Both the position numbers and the translations under genes were made by a program. This document shows positions 50,457 through 62,332 of a DNA stretch of 64,000 bases, one piece after another (positions within the stretch are counted from its first letter, which is position 1; every line of letters begins with the position of its first letter). Below the pieces are notes generated by a model. That model was not told where the DNA came from. It saw only the letters and a program-made list of their open reading frames with translations, and made no database searches. The stretch is from Macrostomum lignano (Eukaryota), in contig NIVC01000412.1 of NCBI GenBank assembly GCA_002269645.1, positions 931,296 to 995,295 of the forward strand, read 5' to 3'.

Positions 50457-51538
50457 TAAGCTGGCTGAAGTCCCTACTCTGCAATTTCATCTGTGTCAGG
50501 ACTCACTTCGATTGGTCTTCTTTTTTATTCGATACATCAATATTTTAAGGTTTTTTGCTTTTACTCTTTATAATTCCAAGTATTATTGTTGAACTTTTCG
50601 TTCGATAGAATTATAAATTACACTTTAGTCATGCTTTTGTAGTCTTCCATATATTTGCGAACAATTTTAGCGTTTTCATTATAATTTCACATTCATCGGT
50701 TTGTCTGACATCATTGATCGCTATACTCGTAGTTATGTGCCAAATTTTCTCTAATTAAAACGCTGCAATTTATCTAGCAAATTTTCATTAACAATTATTT
50801 TCATAATTAAATTATAATAGGTTGTACAGCAGAATTCTGTCAGAACACTTTGCCTGAGTATTTAATTAATTTCCAAGCTAACAAAAAGGTAATTTTGTTG
50901 TTTTTTGACGTAGGAAATGGTTGACGTGTGTCTCCTGCAGATTGCCGCGTTGATGAGGCAGCTGGTCCTGGCATTAGCGCCAGCGGATTATCGGGCGCTA
51001 ATCCCCTGCTTGTCCGATCAGCATGGGCTGGGGAGTCCGTGGGATAGACAGATAGATCACTGCGACTCCGTACCCCCGCTGGGGAATTTCCGGCTGAGAA
51101 GCAGAGAGAATGCTATGCATTCTATATGTTTAGATAAAAAACATGGAATTGGATGTGGCACAACTGCCGAGGCAAGATACGGCACGGTAAGCCCCTGTCG
51201 TGACAGCTGTGGCGGAGGTTCTGCTGATACAAAATTTATACATACTATAAATAATAATAATGAAGCAGTCTTTGCTGATACTTTCGGTTCGACTCGCTGA
51301 AAACATTGAACAAAAACACATTGAAACAATTTTCTCGCGCTTCAGCTTTGAGCATTGGACGTCGAGTAGGGATCCGTGTCTGTTTATCAGCTTTCTTCTC
51401 AATTCTGAGATGAGAAGTCAGCATGTCTGACTGTGATTCCACAAACAAAGGGGGGCAGACACTGTGAGTAAGACACAGAGTGCATGTGGATTTGCCAATA
51501 ATAATCATAATTGGTTACACCTATCCAAAGGCAAATCC

Positions 51539-51762
51539 AAAGGCTGCGTACGGCTGTTCAGTCCAAGGACTGGGGGGTCGCCACACACACCCTCAATTAC
51601 CCCAGCCAATGCTAGCACCCATTTTACAGCTGGGTGAACTGAAACAATGCAGAGTTAAGTGTCTTGCTCCAGGACACAAATTGTTCCAGTGGGATCAAAG
51701 ATCGAACCCCCGACCTTCAAGTCGTGAGCCCGACGCTCTAGCCACTAGGCTATACAACCCCC
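51539..51762 (-). mobile_element. tRNA-derived CORE-type SINE (family 2), copy 1
   Basis: On the minus strand: A-box TAGCCTAGTGG, B-box GGTTCGATC, then GTGTCCTGGAGCAAGACACTTAACTCT...TTCAGTTCACCCAGCTGTAAAATGGG, which resembles the MIR CORE domain. Confidence 0.85.
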
Positions 51763-54700
51763 TGCACAACCATTTGCCACTGCACATCCAGTGTATGTCT
51801 TATCGTGCTAGTCAGTTGAATGGGATTGTGACGGTCGAAGTCTGTCTTCAAGATGGTGATTACGAAATGGAGTGCAGGCGTTTCAATAAGCTTCCTTTTA
51901 GCGCTGTTAATTGGCATCGTCAGCAGCTGTCTCTGCTAAGGTTTCGGAGGCCTGCGGGTAATTAGTTCAAGCCTCATATCAGCTGCCAGTTCGGGTATTT
52001 TCTGTTCTGTCCTATGGAGGGCGAAAGACTGCAGTCTGCAGTTCTGACTGCATGAAAACCCTTCGCGATGCTGCCAGCGTACGAGTAAAACCTAAAGGAA
52101 CTCGTCATCTTGTTAGTAAGGTTGCAACAAGCTACATTTGGAAAATACTACGGAAGATCACGAGGTTTGTCTTGTAGCACCTGGGAAGTTCTCCAATACA
52201 ATTCTCCGAACTTAAATATCTAGGAACCAATAGAACTTGATGGTGAACTTTATAATTGACTTAGCACGACCAGAGTCCATCTGAATGAATGCAATTTCCG
52301 ATAAGTGCTGCGTATGGCCATGGCAGGTTCGGCAGGAGTTGGATAAGACTGGCCAAGATTGCATGCTGTCGTCTGCACTGCTCAAATTTCTTTTTAAAAA
52401 ACATTACATGTACTGTACTGAGCGGATGTAATTTCCAGCCGCACTGGAGCGAGACTGTAATTTGAAGCGCTCATCAAAGTTCTGCTCCCTACTCTCCCAC
52501 TGCCTAACTTTTATCTGATAAAAATTTAAGTCTTCAAACTGACTGTAATGTAAATTTTCGATTAAAAACACGTCGTTCTTTCAGTTCTTCGTCTATGCTG
52601 AAAATTGAACTCTGCCGGCCCTTTGAAATGCCCTAAATTGTACGTAGTAAAAACCAAATAGGAAGCATATGGACGCCAGCACTTGGGAATTGCTGCCAAA
52701 TAGGTTAGCTAGTTACATATACAATGTTTTCAGGGACTTTGCTCTCTAAATTAGCAAAACCCGTGTCTCACCTTGTGAACTCCTGGGTTGCAACTAAATT
52801 AAATTAAATACATGTGCTTTCTCTGAGTCTGATTCGCCTGTTCAGCAAGTTTCTTTCAGAAATGATCCTCAGCAAACTCTTTACTTGTTCCTAATCTACT
52901 AGTAAAGTTTTGGGTATTAAGGTAAGATAGCGTCTACTTAGCCGAGTTGCAACAAATGCCTTTTTTGGATTAAACAAGATTCATCTACGTTAGCCTTATG
53001 GTAGCTACATGTGGGCTCATCTCTTGCTTAGCACCCCGCGACCTGTTGCAGCCCTTTGACGCCGGCCGATCTTAATTAACCCAATCCAATATCCGGTTCC
53101 ACTAACCAGACACGTGACCCATTACATGTATATTTAATTTCCGCAGTTTCTTTCACCTTTGTTCTTTGTCTTTGTAGAAACGATAAATTAATTATTAGGT
53201 AAAGTTTGAAGTAGCAATTGGGGGGGGGGGTTAAACCATGTCCATATTAAGTCGGGGTCTACACTGTACCTGAGCGTAGGAGGTGTTAACAAGGAATACA
53301 ATTAGGAAGATCGATACTGCCCATTCCACTGACTCTGAGCATACAATACTCAAATACTCAACGCGCGCAGGCACGCACTTATACATGTACACACGCTCAC
53401 ACGGGGTGTGCATGCATGTAAAATTGTCTTGCGATTTTCCAAGCGTCAGGAATCGAACCAAATTCGTGGGCGCTAGAGTGAAACGCGTTTACTAATGAGC
53501 TGTTCTGCCACCTAAACAATACTTGTCTTAAGCCGTCCTCGGGTTACTAATCGAAAGTGACTAGCTTAAGTCCCTCCCCCCAGAAGCGGAAAACTCTGCA
53601 TACATAACTGCTCGCGCCGCAGCTTCTTCCAATAGCACAGTTTTTCTCTCTCTCCTCCTGTGTTTGCCGATGCATAGCGAGTCTTCGTCCCTGACAATAG
53701 CTGTATAGCCATCTTTGTTTGCTCTCCAATATCCTGAAGCTGTCATGTCATGGCAACTACAACGACGCCCCAAACTGGGCTGGTAGAGTACACTGTTATT
53801 TCCAAGCTGAGCAGCCTTTTATATTCGATAGTCTTTCCACGAAACAGGTACAATTGTTGCAACAGGTTTAGCTTGCCAGAAAGTGATGATTCGCTATAGC
53901 TGTTCCAATTGTAACTATCAAAAGAAGTGCTACATTTTACCAGCAAGCAAGTTGGCAGCGTCACCCTTATGTGCTGTCACGCGACTGGACCCTCAAGTTT
54001 GAACTTTGGCTGAAGCGCTGCACGGGAAAGTCAGTCATAACCCGTTGCAGCCTATGGGGATATATGATCCCTTATGGAATAAAGTTTAACTTTATTTGAG
54101 AAGAAAAACACGCTTGCGTGCACGTCAGATATGGGCTGTCTTTAGTCCTTCCTTGCCGCATTTATGAAGCGACAGAGTCATGACAATCGTCTTCAGAGTT
54201 TGAGTAATTTTTTTCCGATTTCGGACACCTGAACCAGGTATGAAGCAAGATCGTTATTCACTACTAGATACTGGTGGCTTTTTTACGGTTATTAAACAGC
54301 AAAAAACACACAATTTTATTTCACAATATGCCGCCTGACGCAAACGTGAAGAACAATTCACTGTGACAGACGGAAAGCACAAAACAGCGTGGAGACATTA
54401 ATGCGACAAAATTAGTTCAGGACAAGGACAAACAAATACAACAAGCAAACTGATTTAAACTCAAAGAGCTCATGAGGGATTACTTAAGTAGAATGACGCC
54501 ACTAGTGTGGAATCATACTATCATTTTGGTTGCCAACGTAGGCAGTCCACGGTAGAGTTCTTTCGGTCAAACTCGTTTGAGTTAACCGCCGTGACAGGAG
54601 GACTTTATGCAAGTTCCGATTTTAATACTATAAATAACAGCTATACTAAGCACAGAAAATGACGCATCATCGAACTGCAAAGGTCCAGAGAGTTCTGTAA

Positions 54701-54792
54701 AACTAACAGACGCGCACATCACTATAAGACGGTACGACACAGATCACAAGCGTTTCAGAGTTTTCCTGAACCTCGTGTTGCTGCTTGTTGTT

Positions 54793-56121
54793 TCAGTCAT
54801 CTTCCATGGCTGGCACTTCAGCCGAGATCAGCGCGGCCACTACCTCGCGGCTGTCCCGGTCGGCCACCTCAGTCGACGGCGCAGCCTTTGCAGCTGTTGT
54901 TGTCATCCGCAGCATCGGCAGCTCTGCTGACTGCTCCGCCTCGGGTCTCCCCTGCTGACGTCTTCGGGCTCTCTTGCCATCGCCGTTGACGCTTGAACCG
55001 TTGGACGACCTGCGCCACGGACAAGCGTTCATCACGCGGCGTCTGAACGCAGTTGAGGAGATAAAATAAGCCAGAAAGTTGGTGGCATTGTTGGCGAACA
55101 TAAGCGTCTTCAGAGCATTGTTTGTGACACCGCTGATCGAGTTTTTATCGCCGTAGACTTTCAGCTTCTGACCAATGGAAGCTGGCAAGGTGGTGATAAT
55201 GTGGATCACGGTGAGCACAGCCAGGATCTTCATGATACTCTCCGGCTTGCGACGAGCAGCCTCTCGTTTCTTCTCAACGTTGCTGGCTGCGTTTCCAGCC
55301 GATGCGCCCTGACGCTTCGGGTTGAGAACCTCCTGGTCAGCCGCTTTGCCCTTATCGGCCCGCTGGTTTGTGGCAGTCGGCTGAGCATGGCGACGCATTG
55401 CAGCGCTCTGACGTCGCATGGCGGTATAGATGTAGATGTTGCAAAACAGCAGAATAGTGTAGGGCAGAATCAGGTAGGTGACCATGTCCAGGTTGATGAA
55501 GAACTTCGCAAAGTCCTGATTGTAGTCGCACTTGTCCACCAGCTGGTAGTCAATGCCAGCTTCCATCTCGGCCAGGTCTGTCTCGTTCTGTTCTGTCAGG
55601 CTGGAGTTGAGCAGCCGGTAGCATTTGCTGGTGTGCAGAAAGAATGACAGCGGCATATTTTTAACCAGCAGCGCCAGCACCATCGCGCCGAACGACAGGC
55701 TAAAGTTGCGAGTAGTCAGAATCTGCTGCACCCGGTACGGGAACGCAACCACGACGAAGCGCTCAACTCCGATGGCGCACAGGGTGTACACAGCGACGTC
55801 GCTGACCGTGGCCACTACTGGCTGGTGGAAGCGGCAGATAAAAGGGTGCAGATCGCGCAAATCAATGTTAAACGTCTCCCGGATCCAGTAGCGCACCACC
55901 GCTAGGAGGAGGACTCCGCTGTCACTCAGCGCAAGGCAGACCATCAGGAAGCGAGTGGTGACTCGGTTGGACCTCTCCGTGCCTTGGATGTAGGCCGCCG
56001 CCAGGTTGCAGGGCACGCCGCCAACAATGATGACGGCGCCTAAGAGACGAATTACCCACTCAGCGATCTCCGAAGTGTTGTCTTCTGGCCGCTGACGACA
56101 GGCTCCAACTCTGTCATACAT
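54793..56121 (-). CDS. Intronless class A (rhodopsin-like) GPCR, FMRFamide/peptide-receptor-like, 442 aa
   Basis: Seven hydrophobic segments; GxxxN in TM1, LAxSD in TM2, Cys at the start of TM3, ERF in place of DRY, LPY in TM5, NxxNFxxY in TM7; N-glycosylation sites. Confidence 0.93.
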   Translation of the reverse strand: MYDRVGACRQRPEDNTSEIAEWVIRLLGAVIIVGGVPCNLAAAYIQGTERSNRVTTRFLMVCLALSDSGVLLLAVVRYWIRETFNIDLRDLHPFICRFHQPVVATVSDVAVYTLCAIGVERFVVVAFPYRVQQILTTRNFSLSFGAMVLALLVKNMPLSFFLHTSKCYRLLNSSLTEQNETDLAEMEAGIDYQLVDKCDYNQDFAKFFINLDMVTYLILPYTILLFCNIYIYTAMRRQSAAMRRHAQPTATNQRADKGKAADQEVLNPKRQGASAGNAASNVEKKREAARRKPESIMKILAVLTVIHIITTLPASIGQKLKVYGDKNSISGVTNNALKTLMFANNATNFLAYFISSTAFRRRVMNACPWRRSSNGSSVNGDGKRARRRQQGRPEAEQSAELPMLRMTTTAAKAAPSTEVADRDSREVVAALISAEVPAMEDD

Positions 56122-57273
56122 CGCGACTAACGGTGGGGTGAATCGGTGTGTCGAGGTTTTAGATTGTTAAAAGACTGCGCCAAGGCTGTTTGACTAGCCC
56201 TACAAGTAGTTATCAGCTTGGACCGAAGACCTGAGAGTGTGACGGCTTCATTAACTAAACATTGCCTTGAAGTCGTCCGTTGTTCTACCACCCATCGGTC
56301 TGGCCTGACAACGCCTCAGCCCCTCCTCTCTATCCAATATTGTGCCTCCCTCTCTGTAAACTCAAAGCAAGTCCCTATTGGCGGAGAACATGGAGGGAGC
56401 TCCCTCATTCCCACAGTCCCCTAACGGAGGATATGGAAAACGGGGAGAATCAGGGTGGGTCCAAGAGAGAGACAAGCCGAGTCTCCGCGGGCGCCCAAGT
56501 GTCCGTACTAGGCGCTTCTGTTGCTTTTGTACTTGACGCTTTCCGTTTTATTGGCAAAAATCCTGTCTTTTGTCTCAACTCGCAGGCAGCCAACCTCAAG
56601 CTAACAGCGGTAGTTTCTGCCTACCGGTCGGTCTCTCCACTCTCTTTTCTAATGCTAGCGATTCTCAAATGTCCTATTTTCTCGCTCTGGAGCAGTTTCC
56701 ATAAGCCCGTGCATCGCATGCTAATTGGAAATTCAGTCAAGCGTTACAGAGATGACAGATATAGAGGCAACCTCACCCTTCAATGCAACTGAGTAATTAC
56801 ATATACGACGTAATTACTAATTTCGGATAAAGATTCGAGATATTATGAAGGTGAACGCTAAAATTTAACGATGAAGGCCGGCTACGATCTTGAGGCCGTC
56901 GTCTTTTAAGGCGAAAGTCCCACCTTTAGCGTCTCTACTTATCCACATTTTCTGTCTTTGACTGAAGCTTATCGGAACAAGCAAGATAGAGGTCGAATCC
57001 ACGGTTGCAGTAGAAAACCAACAATTAATTTTAATTCTATTCAGTGTCCCCTTTGTCGTTTTATTTTATCTATCAGCTAAAGGTCTCGACTGACTATAGC
57101 GCGGAAATTAATTCAGAGGACTCAGAATTATTGTGGCTTAACCAATTTCCGATTGGATAATTAAATACCGCCCTCAGTATTTTGGCGATCACCAACCCGT
57201 ATAATGACGCATGAACGGCGTAGTTTATAATACAAGTTCAATAAAGTTCGATTGGTGACTATGAAATCAGATG

Positions 57274-57653
57274 GGTGTCTGTGACGTCAGCTTGGTGTCT
57301 GTGACGTCAGCTTGGTGTCTGTGACGTCAGCTTGGTGTCTGTGACGTCAGCTTGGTGTCTGTGACGTCAGCTTGGTGTCTGTGACGTCAGCTTGGTGTCT
57401 GTGACGTCAGCTTGGTGTCTGTGACGTCAGCTTGGTGTCTGTGACGTCAGCTTGGTGTCTGTGACGTCAGCTTGGTGTCTGTGACGTCAGCTTGGTGTCT
57501 GTGACGTCAGCTTGGTGTCTGTGACGTCAGCTTGGTGTCTGTGACGTCAGCTTGGTGTCTGTGACGTCAGCTTGGTGTCTGTGACGTCAGCTTGGTGTCT
57601 GTGACTTTAAATTGGTGTCTGAGACATCCGATGGGTGTCTGTGACATCATCAG
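57274..57653. repeat. 20-bp tandem array with 16 perfect TGACGTCA (CRE) palindromes
   Basis: Unit GGTGTCTGTGACGTCAGCTT; perfect CREs from 57282 to about 57589; degenerate units at the edges. Confidence 0.95.
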
Positions 57654-60090
57654 TTCTTGGGTTAATTTACAGGAGGCATACCGAGTTTAGCGATATTTAA
57701 ATACGCAATTAAATTCGTCGAAAAAATAACTCCAACATCACGCTCCTCCCAGCAACTACACGAGCCAATGCAAGGGGTTGCACTTCTGCCGCTGAGCAAG
57801 GCATGGCATAGATCACCCCAACGGTTTGCATAAGCCACTAAGTTCTCGGATGAGAACTAGCCGAAGATGCCTGCCTTTATTTGTCGGCTTCACCCGGCAG
57901 ATAAATCAAGCAGCGCGGGCGTTAAACCTCTGGCTAGGGGATCTACTAAGATTCAGCATTGGTACATATGTGTATATACTGCAACTTTCTGAAAGCTGGC
58001 TCTTCCTCTTCAAAGTGTCGGAGAAAAAGTTTCAAATTTCTCAGCTGACTCTGCAGTCTGCCTGCCTCTCTCCCGCGGGAAGTACTGAATTATATAAATT
58101 CGACTAAAGCGCTGCATGCCGCCGCACCATCCAGCTTCACCCCCCCCGCATCTGCTGTCAGAGACTGGGCACTAAAGCTGGTGTGCAATCTTTCTTTTTC
58201 TCTCTACACCCTAAAGCCGCGCTGGGCTTGGTCAGAAAATCGATTAGAAGAACACCCCGTCTGACTGGATACTGAGAGATGAGGGAGAGGAGCGAGGCTA
58301 TAGCTGAGTCTCCTTCCCAGACCAGCAGGTTGTGGAGTGGCAAAGTTAATGCAACAGTCTAAAGCTGTTCTAAGTCTGCTAAAGCAGAGTAGGACGCAGT
58401 CAGTATAATTGCATGCAAAAGAGGGAGTGGGCGAATCTCCTGTCCCAATTCTTAACGACCAAAAAAGTTTAAACTTTCCAGCGGCTTTGTGGTTGAGACT
58501 TAAATCTGGCTGAATAACAGTCCGTACTTTACACTTAAAAGTAGTTCGTGGTGGCTAAATTAAAAAATGCCACCAGCTGTGAATGCAGCTATGTGGATAA
58601 TTTCTCTCGACATTTTTATTGTAGTACTCTCGTAGTTTTGCTAAAAGCTAAAACATCAACACTAGCTTTTACAAGCGCCGCCAGCCACACGCTCGCAAGC
58701 GCATGCATTTTTCACGGGCCATGCATTTAAACGCATGGCCCAGTAAAATACAATACATTAAAATTTAATCTATTAAACTGTTTCTAGAGTACTTTTGAGG
58801 CATTGATTTAACTAAACGAAGCATACTACTATCGTACTACTAATAACATGGCCGGTCAAAATTTACGAAATTCAACTCAAATTTTATTTCCCTACGGTAC
58901 GTATGCCCCACCCACCTATCAAGTATCAAGCTGCATGTTTCACACATGAATATTGCTGTCTTTCAATGTCTACAGCTAGGCTCCGATAGAACTGTGTAGC
59001 ATGCCCTCGATGCTATCATTATTGTCATTATTAGCAAAAATCATCAAAGCCAAAACAGAAAAGGATTTCATATTTCATATCGCCCAATTCGGTCACTCAA
59101 CCGCGAGGTAACGGATCAGGGCGGATCAGGGCGGATGCAATATAAAGCATACCTTTAATCAAAGCAACCATCCAACAACAACGCAATTTCGCCCACAGGA
59201 ATAAGAAAAATTATATATTAAACGCAGAAACCGAGGTTGATGCAGCACCAAGAGTCAGACAACGGTGAGTAATTAATAGCTAGCAATATGATAATGTCAT
59301 CCGGTACTGTTCCGCTTTTTCAAAGCTTCCTGTTCCCGAGATTCAAATTTGCGTTCAAATTTTTACGATTAATAAAACAAAACCAATAAGATAGGTACTT
59401 ATAAAGTGAATTTAGCATGGGGGTCGCGCTTTTCACTGCGGGCGAGCCGGTGTTTATTTCATTCAACACCCCCCCCCCCTGATCGGCGTGCGCGCCCTGC
59501 TGCCCCACTAGCTAAATATGGAATAGAACTGCTCCTTACTTATCTAACTGTTTCTTGGCACAAGTCCAGATTGTCTTCTAAAAGCAAAACTCGCAGCTTC
59601 TAGCGCAAAGTTTTAGAATAAGAAATCTATGATGAACGGCAACTAAAGCAGGTAAGAAAAAGGAATCCCAGACACCATCGCGCTAGAGTCGCAATCACAG
59701 GCAGCTGTGCATTCGTCAGATTATATTTCAAACGCAGGTACGTAAAAATTGCTTGCAAACGAGTAGAGACAACACAATTTGAAGTGAATATTTGAGCGTG
59801 CTCAAAGACGATGAACTTTGATACGAGTATTTACAATGAAATTTAAACGTGTGCGATAATTACAAGTTAGTAGCTCAACAGACCAGCCATGAGAAGTTGC
59901 TCGGGACCATGCAGGTCGTAGCCCACCCCGGGTTCGAATCGCCCTTTGAGACGCGCATTCCGAAGCGCATATACAACAATAAAAGACAAAAACATGCAAA
60001 TGCACGGCAAGCCAGCGCCAAAATTTGAAGAAAAAATATCAGCAAAGATCAAAACTATACAAAATGTTTTATCCAAGAAAAATTTGCACG

Positions 60091-60666
60091 TCACAGCCAC
60101 GCACTGTCAGCCTCGGGTGCGCAGTCCACCGCGACGCTCACAGCCGAGCTGTAGTACACGGGCTGCTCGGAGTCGCACAGCAGCTTGTAGATTCGCACGT
60201 CTCGTCGGACCTCCCTGCAGCTGTGCGGACACGACACGCCCAGCAGGAAGGTCGGCAGCCTCGGCCGCGTCACGCCTCCGGCGTCCAGCTCGTAGGTCGG
60301 AGCGCAAAGCCTCGGCTTGGCGTCGCTCGCTTCGAACAGCGAGGTCGGCAGTCGGCGATTCGTCTCGGAGACGTTGAAGCTCAGCTTGTGCCGAACGATG
60401 ACCTGCTGCAGCTCCGAGAGCAGCTGCGACAGCTCCAGCTCCTTCGTCTGGTTGCTTAGCGACCGCTTCTCGACCAGGAAATCGACGCCGCTTCGACGGC
60501 GACTCGGCGACCAGCCGAGCGACAAGACGGCGAACTCGCGAGGACAAGCGAACTCGGCGAAGCTCGAGTTGACGCTGTCGAAGATCCGGCCGGATCCCGG
60601 CGAGGAGCTGGCGAGCGGCACCAGCAGGCCGCATATAAAAAGTATTAAAGTCGCCGCTGAAGTCAT
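60091..60666 (-). CDS. Secreted cystine-knot cytokine-like protein A (IL-17/PTTH/trunk-like), 191 aa
   Basis: First ATG at 60666 (the ORF track starts at a GTG); signal peptide MTSAATLILFICGLLVPLASS; C-terminal CAPTYELD...RLPTFL...C...C.EV...V.IYK..C...Y...V.V.C. Confidence 0.75.
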   Translation of the reverse strand: MTSAATLILFICGLLVPLASSSPGSGRIFDSVNSSFAEFACPREFAVLSLGWSPSRRRSGVDFLVEKRSLSNQTKELELSQLLSELQQVIVRHKLSFNVSETNRRLPTSLFEASDAKPRLCAPTYELDAGGVTRPRLPTFLLGVSCPHSCREVRRDVRIYKLLCDSEQPVYYSSAVSVAVDCAPEADSAWL

Positions 60667-60735
60667 TTTTTGGGCACAAAGAACTATCGCGAGGGAAGGT
60701 TGCACAAATTCTATTAAAGATTAGTCTGCTGTGCG

Positions 60736-60743
60736 TATTTATA
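60736..60743 (-). promoter_or_regulatory. TATA box of cytokine-like gene A
   Basis: TATAAATA on the minus strand, ~70 nt upstream of the ATG. Confidence 0.6.
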
Positions 60744-61670
60744 GTGCCCTGGCTGGTTCCCACCCACGGGTTTTGTCTGTCTGGGGGCTGTGGCCCTAAT
60801 TAATAAACTACCCGATTCTAACAATATATATTTTCGACCGCATCATAGGACTGAGCTGACGCCCCCGCCCCCATTCAGTTGCTATTTTTGAACATTTACT
60901 GCGCTAAATTTTTAGCCAAAAGTTTCAGCGATTGGACGCTACTGACTGACAGCTGCGCCTAAAGCATTTCGCTGTCCGATGGAAGCAGAAAAGAATTCCG
61001 GTGTGCTTCCAATTGCTAATTATAGCTTTGAAAAGTTCCTTATTTAATCTTGAAATATAATGGCGCCTTTGTTTTGCTCTTTGCGTACACAATTTCACCT
61101 CAGATGCTTGGTTCTTAAGACACTTCCTTGTTTTATTGCCAATTCAGAAGTATAGATCTATATACATTATCTACGCCTTAGTTCCTACGGGAAAATTAAT
61201 GAACTGGTTTGTGCAGTGCCAGGGTGGCGGGGTGAGTGTTTAAACCCCGTCGTTGTCTGTCATTTTGTGCCAAATTCGTGTTTTGTCGCTTGTCCTTTGT
61301 CGCTGGAAACACAAAAAAATAAAAAAACTTTTCCTTTTTTGTTGAGCTCTTTTATTGAGCAGAGCTATTTAAAATGGGCGATGCATTTCAAAGAAATCCA
61401 AATACGAGTCGTTATATAAAACATTAGCAAAAAGTTTTGAGCTTCAAGTTTCTTGCTGCCACAATTCGGTTCAAGGAAGTTCGCGGAATTAATGGTACAG
61501 TTTGTATGTCAGCATTACCAAACATTCGAGCCTGTACAGGTATTGATTAAATTCATGCAAGAAGTGGTTAAAATAATAAAACTAAGTACTACTCCTAGAT
61601 TACGCAAGATTAGATGGTGGCGTATAAAATAAAACAAAATATTTCAGCTGCAAGAAGTCCGTTAAGTGCG

Positions 61671-62246
61671 TTATCCGAAAAATTCGGTAACGCGATCCTT
61701 CGGAGCGCAGTGCACTCCAACGCCGACGAGCTTGGAGGCGTAAGCGACACTCCAGCTTGCCTTATCATCAGTGTCCGGATTCTCGCAGATCAGTTTGTAC
61801 ACCGGCACGGAGCGCATTACCGGAATGCAGTCGCCAGAGCAGGTGACATTCAGCAGGTAGGTTGGGACCGAGTAGCTCGACGAATACCTGATAAATCTGT
61901 ATGTTGGCGGGCAGGCTCGGTTTGTTGCTTTGCTCGCGATTGAAATCTTTGTGAAATTTATCGGGTTCGTCTCAGTTTGATTGAAATCGACCCAGTTTTT
62001 GGCCAGAGTTCTCCTCAGCTCGGCGAGCAGGTCGTACGCCTCCAGAGTGGTCTGGTTCACCTGCGGTCGTTTCAGCTCGATCAGAAACGGGCCGTCGGGC
62101 ACGCCGCCAGTCAGGTTGCACAGGGACTCGACGCGGCTGCCACTTGCCTCCTCAAATACTCGACCGCTACTTGACAGCTGCTGACTGTGGAGTACCAAGC
62201 TTGCCATCAGCAGGGCTACATACATGTACTGCAAGCGGTGCAACAT
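61671..62246 (-). CDS. Secreted cystine-knot cytokine-like protein B (paralog of A), 191 aa
   Basis: First ATG at 62246 (the ORF track starts at a TTG); signal peptide; CPPTYRF...VPTYLLNVTCSGDCIPVMRSVPVYKLIC...VGVHCAP. Shares GR[IV]F, NQT, L..LL.EL, FN..ETN and the cysteine spacing with A. Confidence 0.78.
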   Translation of the reverse strand: MLHRLQYMYVALLMASLVLHSQQLSSSGRVFEEASGSRVESLCNLTGGVPDGPFLIELKRPQVNQTTLEAYDLLAELRRTLAKNWVDFNQTETNPINFTKISIASKATNRACPPTYRFIRYSSSYSVPTYLLNVTCSGDCIPVMRSVPVYKLICENPDTDDKASWSVAYASKLVGVGVHCAPKDRVTEFFG

Positions 62247-62325
62247 GACTATTGTGTCTCCCGCTTCTATCAACTCTACAGACCGTTGTCAACCTTGCTA
62301 ATACCTGCGGCGGAGTCTGGGTCAG

Positions 62326-62332
62326 TTTTATA
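62326..62332 (-). promoter_or_regulatory. TATA box of cytokine-like gene B
   Basis: TATAAAA on the minus strand, ~80 nt upstream of the ATG. Confidence 0.5.

Noticed and set aside
50917-52400. Possible small gene downstream of SNX25
   Set aside because: The frames are short, inconsistent and interrupted by a SINE, with no recognisable motif.
59946-60763. Overlapping plus-strand and alternative-frame ORFs across cytokine-like gene A
   Set aside because: Low-complexity Arg/Ala shadows. Only the minus-strand frame with a signal peptide is conserved in paralog B.
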